Assembly: GCA_963793865.1 (NCBI GenBank)
Contig: CAWCBP010000008.1
Span: 355,182 to 419,181, forward strand
DNA from: an uncultured delta proteobacterium
Lineage (GTDB): Bacteria > Desulfobacterota > WTBG01
Length of the DNA stretch: 64,000 nucleotides
Direction: 5' to 3'
The notes under the pieces are model-generated. The model made no database searches. It was not told the origin of the DNA and saw only the letters and a list, made by a program, of their open reading frames with translations. Every line of letters begins with the position of its first letter. Position 1 is the stretch's first letter. Both the position numbers and the translations under genes were made by a program. Of the stretch, positions 54,298-64,000 are shown piece by piece.

Positions 54298-54706
54298 TCA
54301 TTCTGCGGCTCGACCGCAGAATCCAGTTTTACGATTCTGTTTGGATCCTGCGATCACGTCGCAGGATGACTTGTAATGGAGGGCCATGCTCCGTCATGGC
54401 CTTTATAAAAACGGATGCGACGGAGAGCGTCCCTCCACATGAATCATTCCGGAGGCACGTCCCTTTGGTAGGAGCGGCTTTAGCCGCGATCCAATGCTTA
54501 TCTCACTGTAGGGGCGACCGGCCGGTCGCCCCTACAAAAGGGATCGAAAAATAGTTGAAGCAAGAGTTCTGCAGCAGCAGCTACTTAGGTGTTGACTAAA
54601 GAGTGCTTATACATTAAGATTTTAGCGCATTTATAAATTTATCAGCGAGCACCCCTGTAGGAGCGCATTCATGCGCGCTGCATTCGCGGCTTAAAGCCGA
54701 TCCTGC
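54298..54706. repeat. Mosaic of five REP-like palindromic elements upstream of ftsK
   Basis: 54298-54370, 54376-54438, 54468-54490, 54507-54536, 54657-54706; each has a homolog elsewhere in the window. Confidence 0.8.
54592..54620 (+). promoter_or_regulatory. sigma70-like promoter upstream of ftsK
   Basis: TTGACT-N17-TAAGAT. Confidence 0.55.
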
Positions 54707-54782
54707 CGGCCTGAAAGCAATGCGCAGATTTTCCTGCATGAGCATCTAATGTTATTTCCACTGTATCCGACAAGACGTAATC

Positions 54783-57068
54783 ATGGCTGCATCAGATAAA
54801 AAACCAAGAGTAAAAAAAGAAGTCGTGGCTGTCTGCTGCCTTTTTCTGGCAGTTTTTATCGTCTGCTGCCTTCTTTCCTACCATTCCGCGGACAGCTCCT
54901 TCAACACGGCCTATTCTTCTCCGGCGGGCAGGGTACACAACTGGGGCGGGCTGGCGGGTTCATATCTGGCGGACGCGCTCTTTCAGCTCATGGGCCTGAC
55001 CGCCTTTCTGATCCCGCTGATCCTGCTCGGGCTGTCATTGAAGATGCTCTTTTTTGCGGGCGCACCGGTTCGCTACACGACGGTGCTGAGCCTGATCCTG
55101 CTGACGGTTTCCTTCTCGGCGCTGCTCAGCCTCACCGTGGCCGACGCGGGTATTCGCCTGGCATCATTCAGGTATGAGCTCAACGGGGGCGGACTGGCGG
55201 GCAAGCAGCTGACAAACCTTTCGCATGCCTATCTGAATACCGTGGGAAGCATGCTGGTCTTTTCCCTGGCGGGCCTGGTTTCCCTGATCATTCTCTTCAA
55301 TCTGACCATGCACGGCATGTCCGATGCTTTGAGCCGCATCCTGGGAAGGGTAACGCACGGTTCACGTCTGATAAAAAAAATCACCGGCGGTCTTGGGAAT
55401 GCCCTTGCGGGAGCACGGGTTCGTTCTCAGGCAGTCATTGCATATTGCAGGACGCTCACGGCGAAGTGGGAGAGGAAGCAGGTCATCGCCGATGAAGTTG
55501 AGCCTCCTCCTGTAGCGCTGCAGCCGCCTCCTCCCGGGGAGCACGAACGGGAGACACGGCAGCGGAAAAGATCCGTCCCGGTTGAAGAGAAGCCCCGGGT
55601 CAGAGTGACATGTTCCTCTGACTATCAGATTCCGCCCTTTTCGCTTTTGGACAGCGTTTCCCAGAAATCGACCAAGGCGGGCAAGGATGCATTGCGGGAT
55701 AATTCGCGGACCCTGGAGAACAAGCTGGCGGATTTCGGGATCGTGGGCAAGGTGGTGGAGGTGAACCCGGGGCCGGTGATCACCCGCTATGAGCTTGAGC
55801 CGGCATCCGGCGTGCGCATCAGCAAGATTCTCAACCTGGCCGATGATCTGGCCCTGGCCCTCAAGGCGGTCGGCGTCCGCATCCTGGCCCCGGTTCCCGG
55901 CAAGGCGGTGGTGGGCATAGAAATACCCAATACCATGCGGGAAACGGTTTATTTCAGGGAGATTGTGGGCCGGGAGGAGTTTGCCCACTCCCGGTCAAAG
56001 CTGACCCTGGCCCTGGGAAAGGATATCGCCGGCAAGGCCATCATCGGCGACCTTGCCAAAATGCCCCACCTGCTCATCGCCGGCTCGACCGGCTCGGGCA
56101 AGAGCGTTCTCCTGAACGCGCTCATCTGCAGCATCCTGTACAAGGCCGCCCCGTCCGAGGTAAAGTTTCTGCTCATTGATCCCAAGCGCCTGGAGCTTTC
56201 CTTCTATGAGGACATCCCCCACCTGCTCTACCCGGTGGTGACCGATCCCAAGAAGGCCTCCCTGGTGCTGCAGTGGACCGTGGGTGAAATGGAGCGGCGC
56301 TACGGGATGCTGGCCGACATGGGGGTGCGGGACATAGATGGATACAACCAGAAAGTAGAGGCCGAGATGCAGTCGGCGCAGGGCGGCCGCGGCAAAAAGT
56401 CGGACCCGGACAGCGGGGCTGAATGGGAGACGCTGCCCTACATACTGGTGGTGATCGATGAACTGGCTGACCTGATGATGGTGTCGTCCCGCGAGGTTGA
56501 AACCTCCATAACCAGGCTGGCGCAGATGGCCAGGGCGGCCGGGATCCATCTGCTGGTTGCCACCCAGCGGCCGTCGGTTGACGTTTTGACCGGCACCATC
56601 AAGGTGAATTTCCCCGCGCGCATTTCCTTCCAGGTTTCATCCAAGGTTGATTCCCGCACCATACTCGACACCATGGGGGCCGAGCGTCTGCTGGGGATGG
56701 GCGACATGCTCTTCCTGCGGCCCGGCACCTCAACGCTGGAGCGGGTCCACGGCTGTTACCTTTCCGAAGTGGAGATCAGAAGGATCACCGCCTTCTTGAG
56801 AAAGCAGGCGGAGCCGGTCTACAACCAGAGTATAACGGAAATGAAGCAGGATGATGCCGCCGGGGAAGAGGATGACTATGACGAGTGCTATGATCAGGCG
56901 GTTGCCCTGGTGGCCCAGGAACGCAAGGCATCCATCTCAATGATCCAGAGAAGGCTGCGCATCGGGTATAACCGGGCGGCACGCATCATGGACCGCATGG
57001 AGCGCGAGCGGGTGGTCGGTCCCAGCGATGGGGTTAAACCCCGAGATATACTGGTCAAGAGGCTTTGA
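54783..57068 (+). CDS. ftsK: DNA translocase FtsK
   Basis: N-terminal 4TM domain; GPVITRYE, AGSTGSGKS, IDELADLMM, ATQRPSVDV, gamma domain QRRLRIGYNRAAR. Confidence 0.97.
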   Translation: MAASDKKPRVKKEVVAVCCLFLAVFIVCCLLSYHSADSSFNTAYSSPAGRVHNWGGLAGSYLADALFQLMGLTAFLIPLILLGLSLKMLFFAGAPVRYTTVLSLILLTVSFSALLSLTVADAGIRLASFRYELNGGGLAGKQLTNLSHAYLNTVGSMLVFSLAGLVSLIILFNLTMHGMSDALSRILGRVTHGSRLIKKITGGLGNALAGARVRSQAVIAYCRTLTAKWERKQVIADEVEPPPVALQPPPPGEHERETRQRKRSVPVEEKPRVRVTCSSDYQIPPFSLLDSVSQKSTKAGKDALRDNSRTLENKLADFGIVGKVVEVNPGPVITRYELEPASGVRISKILNLADDLALALKAVGVRILAPVPGKAVVGIEIPNTMRETVYFREIVGREEFAHSRSKLTLALGKDIAGKAIIGDLAKMPHLLIAGSTGSGKSVLLNALICSILYKAAPSEVKFLLIDPKRLELSFYEDIPHLLYPVVTDPKKASLVLQWTVGEMERRYGMLADMGVRDIDGYNQKVEAEMQSAQGGRGKKSDPDSGAEWETLPYILVVIDELADLMMVSSREVETSITRLAQMARAAGIHLLVATQRPSVDVLTGTIKVNFPARISFQVSSKVDSRTILDTMGAERLLGMGDMLFLRPGTSTLERVHGCYLSEVEIRRITAFLRKQAEPVYNQSITEMKQDDAAGEEDDYDECYDQAVALVAQERKASISMIQRRLRIGYNRAARIMDRMERERVVGPSDGVKPRDILVKRL

Positions 57069-57069
57069 T

Positions 57070-57783
57070 ATGATGCAGTTCATGAGCATGAGACGATGGA
57101 GCAGTTGGGTGATGGCGGGTGCGGTCGCGGTGTGCCTGCTTGCCGGGACTTCCCGGGGTGACGATACCGAGGCCCTGGCAAAGCGTATTCAAACGTCCTA
57201 TGACGCCATCAGGGATTTCAAGGCGCACTTTGTTCAGGAATCTTCCATCAAGTCCTGGAATGCCGAGCAGGTGCAGAAAGCCGAAGGCATGGTGTATTTG
57301 AAAAAGGGCGGCAGGATGTTCTGGGACTACCAGGCCCCCGACCCCCAGCAGATTATCAGTGACGGCAGGAAGCTCTGGTTCTATGAGCCCGAGGAGAAGC
57401 AGGTCATGGTCACCACCGTCGGCGAAGGCCTGCAGTCGCAGGTGTCCGCCGATCTCCTCAACGGGAAGGCGCAGCTGATGAGGGATTTTACCATCAGGGA
57501 TATTACCGCTCAGGCCGACCGCGACGCGAATTCCTGTGCGCTGGAGCTGATCCCCAGGGCTCCCCAGCCGAACCTGAGTAAAATTATTCTCAGGGCCGAC
57601 CGGACCACCTTCCAGATCAGGCAAACCGAGGTCTATGACCTTTTTGATAACATTACCCGGATCACCTTTTCCCGGGTTGAAGTCGACACGCTGCTGTCTG
57701 ACGCACTGTTTACCTTTATTCCTCCGCCGGGGGTTGAAAGCGTTGCCCCGCCCGCTTTGCCGCTGCCTGACCGGAAACCGTAA
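57070..57783 (+). CDS. lolA: Outer-membrane lipoprotein carrier protein
   Basis: AHFVQ, KGGRMFWDY..PQQIISDGRKLWFYEPEEKQV, FTFIPPPGV. Confidence 0.9.
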   Translation: MMQFMSMRRWSSWVMAGAVAVCLLAGTSRGDDTEALAKRIQTSYDAIRDFKAHFVQESSIKSWNAEQVQKAEGMVYLKKGGRMFWDYQAPDPQQIISDGRKLWFYEPEEKQVMVTTVGEGLQSQVSADLLNGKAQLMRDFTIRDITAQADRDANSCALELIPRAPQPNLSKIILRADRTTFQIRQTEVYDLFDNITRITFSRVEVDTLLSDALFTFIPPPGVESVAPPALPLPDRKP

Positions 57784-57800
57784 GATTAAAACTCGTTGAC

Positions 57801-60800
57801 ATGGCACTGCCTCAAACAACTCGTGCCGGTAAAGCTGACCCGGCTTCACTGGTAAGCCCCATATCCGGACCGCTCCGTGCGGGCGTTGAACGCGTAACCC
57901 TGACCGGCCTCAAGGGCTCCTCCGCGTCGTTCCTGCTGTCAGCCTTGTGGCGTGAGAAGCCCCGGCAGCTGCTGATCATTACCCCTACCCTCGAAGAGGC
58001 GGAAGACTACTGCCGGGAGCTGCTTTTTTTCCTCAACGACCCTGACCGGCCCAAGCAGGAGGAAAAGCAGGTGGTGCTTTACCCGCCTGACGGGGAATTC
58101 CCCTTCACCGTGTGCACCCGGAACCCTGAACAGAAAAGCGGGCAGGTGGAAATTCTGCACCGACTGTTGCGCGGCGGGGACCCCTTCATCATGGTTGCCC
58201 CCGCGGCCGCGGTGGTGCGAAAAACCATCCCGCGGACCGTGCTGGAGCGCTACGCGCGCCGCCTTCGGGTCGGGGAGGAAATAGACCGGGAAGCGCTTGC
58301 CTTCCTGCTGGTGAAGGGCGGGTACCTCAAGGTGGGAGTCGTTGAGGACCGCGGCGATTTCAGCATCCGGGGCGGCATTATCGATGTCTTTCCCCCGGGA
58401 TGTGCTTATCCGCTCCGGGTGGAATTGTTCGGGGACTGCATCGAATCCATTCGCTGCTTCGATGCGGCAACCCAGCGGTCCCGCGGCGAGCTGACTGCCG
58501 CCTGGATTGCACCGGTGTCTGATACCATCCTCGAAGAGGATGGGCTGGATGAAATCGTTGAGCGCATGAAAGGCAGCGCCGGAGAGCCGCTGCAGGTGAC
58601 CGGGAAATGGGAGGAGCTGGCCGCGTCCCTGGTTCGTTTTCAGGCGCACGCCGAGCTTGAGCGTTTCCTTCCCTTCATCTACCCGCAGCCGGAGACGCTG
58701 CTTGACTACCTTTCCGCCCAATGCGCTGTTTTCCTCCACGACCACGAAGTCATACGGGGCGAGCTTCATAATTATCGGGCGGAGGCCGGGGAGCAGCACG
58801 CAAAGTGCCTGCAGCAGGGACACCCGGCACCGCCGGTCAGCGGGTTTTACCTCTCCCCGGAAGAGCTGGATGAAGGGCTGCAGTATTTTCAGACGCTCTC
58901 GCTGGACACCCTGGGCGGCGCCCGGCCTGAGGGAACGGCGGTGTCCTACCTCACCTCTTCCAATGAGGATATCCGCCGGGAACTGCTTGAGACCACTTCC
59001 AGCCAGGGCATGCTCTCCCCCCTGGTGGGCAGGCTGCGGGAGTGGGAGGAGGAAGGGTACTGCATTCTGGTTATCTGCCATGCCCTGAGCGAGGCCCATA
59101 AGCTCATGGCGCTGCTTGAGGAGTATGGCATTGCTGCCGGCCTGAGCGAGCGCGAAGGGTTTGATTACCGTGGCGATCTGTCCGTTATCCACCGCAGGTG
59201 GATCCAGATAAGCAGCTTCACCCGAGGCTTTCGCTTTCCCCAGGCGCGCCTGATTGTCATCACCGAGGAGGAGATCTTCGGTGAGAAAAAGCGGCGGCCG
59301 GCGCCGCCCCGCCTGAAAAGCAGCTATTTTATTTCTGACTTCGGGGAGCTTGAAGCCGGCGATTGCGTAGTGCACGTTGATCACGGGGTGGGAATCTACC
59401 GGGGCTTGAAGCAGTTGGAGGTCGGCGGCGGGCGCAGCGACTATCTCCTGATCGAATACCAGGGAAATGACAGGCTCTACCTGCCCATCGACCGGGTCAA
59501 GCTGGTGCAGAAGTTCCGCGGAGCGGACGGTGCGCACCCCCCTATTGACCGTCTGGGCGGGACATCATGGAAGAGGACGAAAAGCAGGGTCAAGAATTCA
59601 CTCATGGCCATGGCCAAGGATCTGCTGGACATTTACGCCTCGCGCAAGCTGCTCCAGGGACACTCCTTCTCATCCCCCGACCATTATTACCGCGAGTTCG
59701 AAGCCACCTTTCCCTACGAGGAGACGCCGGACCAGCTTGCTGCCATTGAGGATGTCATGAGGGACATGAATGACCCGAAACCCATGGACCGGCTCATCTG
59801 CGGAGATGTCGGCTACGGCAAGACCGAAGTGGCGGTGCGCTCCTCGTTCAGGGCGGCCATGGATGGAAAGCAGGTTGCCTTTTTAGTGCCCACCACCATT
59901 TTAGCGCAGCAGCACTACCAGACCATATCCGGGCGGCTCAAGCCCTACCCCATCCGGGTGGAAATGCTGAGCCGCTTCAGGAGTCCAGCGGAGCAGAAGG
60001 AAATTATAAAGGGGCTTGCGGACGGGTCCATCGACATCATTGTGGGCACGCACCGCCTCATCCAGAAGGACGTGCACTTCAAGGACCTGGGCCTGGTGAT
60101 TATTGACGAGGAGCAGCGCTTCGGCGTCGCCCACAAGGAGCGCATGAAGAGGATGAGAAAAACGGTGGATGTGCTCACCCTCACGGCCACGCCCATACCC
60201 CGCACGCTGCACATGTCCATGGTCGGCGTTCGGGATATGAGCGTGATCGACACCCCCCCCGAAGACCGGCTGGCCATCAGAACCTTCATTACCCGGTTTG
60301 ACGGAGGGGTCATACGCGAGGCGATCACCCGTGAGCTGAGCCGGGGCGGGCAGGTATTTTTTGTGCATGACCGGGTAAGGACCATTCCCGCGATGGCACG
60401 GTATCTCTCCGGGCTCATTCCCGAGGCAAAGCTGGGCGTGGCCCACGGACAGATGTCCGAACGGCAGCTGGAGAAGGTCATGCTCGCTTTTATCAACCGC
60501 GAGGTCAACCTGCTGCTATGCACCACCATTATTGAGTCGGGCCTGGACTTTCCGGCAGCCAACACCATGATCGTCAACCGTGCCGACCGCCTGGGCCTGG
60601 CCCAGCTCTATCAGCTGCGGGGCAGGGTGGGAAGGTCAAAATTCCGCGCCTACTGCTACCTGCTGACGCCCCGGCGAGGAGGCGCTTTCCCGGGATGCCC
60701 GCGAGCGGCTGCAGGCCATCTTTGAATTCAGCGAGCTGGGATCGAGCCTGCGGCTGGCGACCCGCGATCTCGAAATACGTGGTGCCGGTAACATGCTGGG

Positions 60801-61329
60801 CGCGTCGCAGTCGGGCCACATTGCCGCCGTGGGCCTTGATTTGTACACCCAGCTCATGGAGGAAGCCATCAAGGAGCTGAAGGGGGAGCAGATTATTCCT
60901 GATATCGATCCGGAGATAGCCCTGTCCATTCCGGCCTTCATTCCCGAAGACTACCTGGGTGACATCAATCAGCGCCTGCTCTTTTACAAAAAGCTGGCCT
61001 CCTGCCCGGATGACGCAAGCATCGATGCGGTCGGCGAAGAGCTGATTGACCGGTTCGGGAAGCTTCCGCCGCCGGTCTCCAATCTCCTGCGCGTCATGCA
61101 CCTGAAAACCATCCTTCGGCGGTACCTGGTTACCCGCATTGCCTGCCGGGGAAAGGAGATTCTCCTGAGCTTTCATCCCCAGGCGGAACATTCGCTGGAT
61201 AAAATTTTAGCCCTCATTGCCGGCAACCCCAGGCGATACCGACTTTCTCCCCAGCTCCAGTTCAGCATAGCCCACGATACCTGCGACTGGAAGGAAGTGG
61301 CGGATGAGGTAACCCGGCTGCTGGGGTAG
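57801..61329 (+). CDS. mfd: Transcription-repair coupling factor, one frameshift at the C4 run 60669-60672
   Basis: RGGIIDVF, VHVDHGVG, EETPDQ, GDVGYGKTEV, DEEQRFGV, QLRGRVGRS; after the shift DLEIRGAGNMLG and the TRCF domain; joined about 1175 aa. Confidence 0.95.
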
Positions 61330-61342
61330 GCCGCATTCGTGG

Positions 61343-61372
61343 TTGACATTTCAGGATGAGGTTGTTTAGAAT
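61343..61372 (+). promoter_or_regulatory. sigma70-like promoter upstream of surA
   Basis: TTGACA-N18-TAGAAT. Confidence 0.5.
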
Positions 61373-61378
61373 GGTCGC

Positions 61379-61413
61379 GATACAGGATGCATGATGCAGG
61401 ATACATGATGCAT
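61379..61413. repeat. 7-bp tandem array GATRCAK x5
   Basis: gatacag gatgcat gatgcag gatacat gatgcat; same family as 23641-23682. Confidence 0.7.
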
Positions 61414-61471
61414 GTTAGAAAGAAGTTGCTGTCATGAGCCCTTCGTTGCTTCATTCCGAGTCCTTCATCGT

Positions 61472-61544
61472 GTCATCCTGCGACTTGATCGCAGGATCCA
61501 ATAAGAAATAGCAACTGGATTCTGCGGTCGAGCCGCAGAATGAC
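61472..61544. repeat. GTCAT..ATGAC-type two-hairpin REP-like element
   Basis: GTCATCCTGCGA..TCGCAGGATCCA..CTGGATTCTGCGG..CCGCAGAATGAC. Confidence 0.8.
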
Positions 61545-61642
61545 GCGTCTATGGTATTATCGTTTAATCCTTCGTTGTGTCTCCCAAGGGGGAGATGGGG
61601 AGTTGTTTGATAATCTGTCGTGTTCACTCAGGAGAAACAGGT

Positions 61643-62656
61643 ATGTGTTCCACAGAATCACGGTTTTCATATATGCGAAGTTATCGTAATCTTTTGCGTA
61701 CGACAGTCCTGCTAACGATGTTTATGGCGCTGTCGCCGGGGGTGACGGCCGCCGCAGAAACAGTGGACCGGATCGTGGCTGTGGTCAACGGGGATATTAT
61801 TGTTCTTTCAGAACTGAGACAAGTATCCCGGAACTACATTGATCGGATGAGTGAGCAATTTAAAGTCGCCGGCGGGGATGAGCAGCTGCGGGAGGCGGAA
61901 AGGCGCATACTGGATCAGCTCATTGAAGAGAAACTGGTTAACCAGGAGGCGGACCGGCTGGCCATTACCTTTAGCGAACGGGAAGTGGACCTGGCGGTCA
62001 AGGAGATGCAGAACCGCAACAGGATGAACGATGCCCAGTTTGCGGCAGTCCTGGCAGAAGAAGGACTGACGATGCCGAAATACAGAGAGCAGCTTACATC
62101 GCAGATGAAAAAGGCGCGGGTGATCGACCAGGAGATAAAGTCCAGGATACAGGTGTCCAAGGAGGAAGTGGACGCATACTACGAAAAGCACGCGGATGAT
62201 TTCAATGCCGAGCCCGAGGTGAGGATTCAGCAGATCCGCCTGCTCATTCCTCCCGGGTCAAGCGCAGGGGAGGTCAGCCGGATTCAGGCGCAGGCGGAAT
62301 CCATCCTGGCAAAAATCAAGGCGGGCGAGGACTTCACCGCGCTGGTCGGCCTCTATTCCCAGGATCCCACCGCCGCGGCGGGGGGAGACATGGGTATATT
62401 CAAGCGGGGCGAGCTGCTGCCCGCCATTGATGAGTTCGCCTTCAGCATGAAGCCGGGTGAGGTGAGCCCGGTCATCAGGACGGAGGGCGGTTTTCACATT
62501 GTGAAAGTTCTGGGAAAGCGGGAGCCGTCTGCCCTGTCCGAGGAAGAACGCAGGGCCGAAGTAAAAGATGTGCTTTTTAGCCAGAAGGCTGAGGAAGATT
62601 TCAAGGTGTGGATTGCCAAGCTGCGCAAGAAGGCCTACATTGAGGTAAATCTGTGA
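61643..62656 (+). CDS. surA: SurA-like periplasmic chaperone / PpiC peptidyl-prolyl isomerase
   Basis: AGGAGA RBS + ATG 61643; VDRIVAVVNGDII, AGGDMG, VSPVIRTEGGFHIVK, KAYIEV. Confidence 0.85.
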   Translation: MCSTESRFSYMRSYRNLLRTTVLLTMFMALSPGVTAAAETVDRIVAVVNGDIIVLSELRQVSRNYIDRMSEQFKVAGGDEQLREAERRILDQLIEEKLVNQEADRLAITFSEREVDLAVKEMQNRNRMNDAQFAAVLAEEGLTMPKYREQLTSQMKKARVIDQEIKSRIQVSKEEVDAYYEKHADDFNAEPEVRIQQIRLLIPPGSSAGEVSRIQAQAESILAKIKAGEDFTALVGLYSQDPTAAAGGDMGIFKRGELLPAIDEFAFSMKPGEVSPVIRTEGGFHIVKVLGKREPSALSEEERRAEVKDVLFSQKAEEDFKVWIAKLRKKAYIEVNL

Positions 62657-62748
62657 GAACCCGTGTTTTCCTAAATGTGGCTTGTATAATTAAATAGAGC
62701 TAAAAATGGGTTATCAATTTTTTTATATGATGAATATGCATAGGGCCG

Positions 62749-62798
62749 GTAGGAGCGGCTTTAAGCCGCGAATGCATCGCGCCTGAAGGCGCTCCTAC
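62749..62798. repeat. GTAG-type REP doublet
   Basis: GTAGGAGCGGCTTTAAGCCGCGA..GGCGCTCCTAC; reverse-complement homolog at 54657-54706. Confidence 0.8.
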
Positions 62799-62899
62799 CG
62801 AACATTAAACTTCTTCTCTGTAACGAAACTTCTTCCCCTTGCGTTGTCTGCCAACAGTTTCCAGATATGCCTGTATAAGCATCCCTAATGATTTTTCCT

Positions 62900-63328
62900 C
62901 TATTTCTTCACTATTAATTTTACGCTTATTCCGAAATGCCTGGCTGCTGCCGCAAGTCGCACGTCTGCAGTCACCAGGGTCAGATTATGAGAGGAAGTGA
63001 CCGCAAGGTGCAGGGCATCAAGCGTTCTCAGGGAAGTGCTAAATTGAGCAATCCACCCTTTTGCCGTCCGATAGTTTTGGGATTCGATGGCAACCCACCG
63101 GAAGAGGTGCCGTTCAATATGGGCCTGAAATTGAGTTATTATTTTGTTGCCGTCTGCGGATGATAATTCTTTGTCACGAATTTTTCTTGATAGCGCAGAA
63201 ACCAATTCAAGAGCTGTAAGGTAACTGATTGCCGGCTGTTGCGAACGAATAATGATCTTTTCAACTGTTGCGCTGATTGGCTCCGGACAATAATAAGCGG
63301 TTAGAACACTGGTATCCAGATAAAGCAT
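62900..63328 (-). CDS. vapC: Type II toxin, PIN-domain VapC
   Basis: YLDTSVL, TALEL, LRTLDALHLA, VTAD. Confidence 0.9.
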   Translation of the reverse strand: MLYLDTSVLTAYYCPEPISATVEKIIIRSQQPAISYLTALELVSALSRKIRDKELSSADGNKIITQFQAHIERHLFRWVAIESQNYRTAKGWIAQFSTSLRTLDALHLAVTSSHNLTLVTADVRLAAAARHFGISVKLIVKK

Positions 63329-63564
63329 CAGTACCGCTCCCTGTTTCTTGAGTCGATCACCGTTCGGCTCAGTGGCTTCCCTTTTGCCTTAATGCCGGAA
63401 CGAAAATCAGCCAGGCTTGGCAAAGAAGCCCTTGTTGTATCCGCTGAGATTAAACGGGCAATCTTCCTGCCGTGTTTCGTGATCACGATTTCTTCACCCC
63501 GCTCCACACGTGCCAGAAGGACGCTTAAGTTTCTTCGCATTTCTTTGACATTAATTTCCAGCAT
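63328..63564 (-). CDS. Type II antitoxin, Phd/YefM family
   Basis: INVKEMRRNLS..VERGEEIVITKHGRKIARL; stop overlaps the toxin start. Confidence 0.9.
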   Translation of the reverse strand: MLEINVKEMRRNLSVLLARVERGEEIVITKHGRKIARLISADTTRASLPSLADFRSGIKAKGKPLSRTVIDSRNRERY

Positions 63565-63579
63565 AAAAGCTCCTACGAT

Positions 63580-63604
63580 AGGTGTACATTAATTATGTAC
63601 ACCT
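63580..63604. promoter_or_regulatory. Probable TA autorepression operator
   Basis: AGGTGTACAT-TAATT-ATGTACACCT, 10-bp perfect inverted repeat 16 nt upstream of the antitoxin ATG. Confidence 0.65.
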
Positions 63605-63651
63605 TTTTATCAGACAAGTCAACATAATCTAGCCAAACATATTTGAAAGTT

Positions 63652-63688
63652 CCCCTCACCCCATCCATCTCCCCGGCGGGGAGAGGGT
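63652..63688. repeat. CCCCTCACCCC..CTCCCC-NNN-GGGGAGAGGG palindromic element
   Basis: TCTCCCC-GGC-GGGGAGA hairpin with the CCCCTCACCCC lead; single copy in window. Confidence 0.45.
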
Positions 63689-63751
63689 GTGAAGTAAAGA
63701 TTGAGTGAATATATTTCCGTAATTATACATACGTGTCTTAATCTGGAATCG

Positions 63752-63942
63752 GGGGACGTTCGTGCGGAAATTGCCTCAATGATGGACGCATTCCTTTTTT
63801 CTGTAACAGATGAAGATGATCGGAAAGAAAAGGTAACAAAGTGATGCGAGTAAACAAAACTATTTTCCCGTGCGGATTGAATAATAGCTATCCCTCAGAG
63901 GTCTTCTCTTCAATGCAAAGCAATTTCTGCACGAACGTCCCC
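63752..63942. mobile_element. MITE-like element with 23-bp terminal inverted repeats
   Basis: GGGGACGTTCGTGCGGAAATTGC..GCAATTTCTGCACGAACGTCCCC (1 mismatch); 145-bp AT-rich non-coding interior. Confidence 0.5.
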
Positions 63943-64000
63943 TTTGTTTACCGTAACCTTTCTTGACATCCCCTTCCGTACGTGATAAAAATCATGCCCA

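Noticed and set aside
57939-59537. 532-aa antisense ORF (likewise 12942-13985, 37311-38339, 44817-45821, 48325-49302, 50986-51876)
   Set aside because: All overlap well-supported genes on the other strand and lack domain signatures.
1-64000. tRNA, rRNA, tmRNA, intact IS transposase, integrase or prophage
   Set aside because: No cloverleaf or rRNA-like tracts, and no DDE, HUH or tyrosine-recombinase ORFs were recognised by eye.

Overview
64 kb of GC-rich bacterial chromosome. The gene content and order (mfd-surA, bioFHCAD, CCG/AOR redox genes, multiheme protein, Sec recoding) suggest an anaerobic Desulfobacterota/deltaproteobacterium; this is inference. No rRNA, tRNA, CRISPR array, phage or intact IS was found. 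1-7.8 kb (minus): a cell-surface locus. A >1026-aa secreted protein missed by the ORF track runs off the left edge; I translated it by hand and it carries 4 CXXCH heme motifs, a dockerin-like Ca-binding pair, a ferrochelatase-like domain and a PKD/Ig domain. Next to it are two cohesin-like proteins (one lipoprotein, one C-terminally anchored) and a TMTC-like GT-C/TPR glycosyltransferase. 8-14 kb (plus): an operon of two AlkP-superfamily paralogs, a 62-aa protein, a DUF106/EMC3-like membrane protein and a sulfotransferase. 14-22 kb (minus): a tightly coupled operon of MacA-like adaptor, MacB-type permease, EamA transporter, HydE/PylB-like radical SAM, HemN-like radical SAM and a tandem methyltransferase, a candidate uncharacterised biosynthetic cluster. 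22-40 kb: aroK/aroE/aroA with an unannotated UGA-selenocysteine gene, bioF-H-C-A-D, a HerA-like ATPase and polA. 41.8-49.5 kb: an anaerobic flavin/Fe-S/AOR-like/CoA-transferase catabolic cluster. 49.6-64 kb: HU, B12 radical SAM-STAS fusion, ftsK-lolA-mfd-surA and a Phd-VapC toxin-antitoxin pair. Intergenic spaces hold several families of REP-like palindromes and 7-bp tandem arrays. Three single-base frameshifts (bioC, HerA-like ATPase, mfd) suggest assembly indel errors. All family assignments are from motif recognition by eye; no searches were run.
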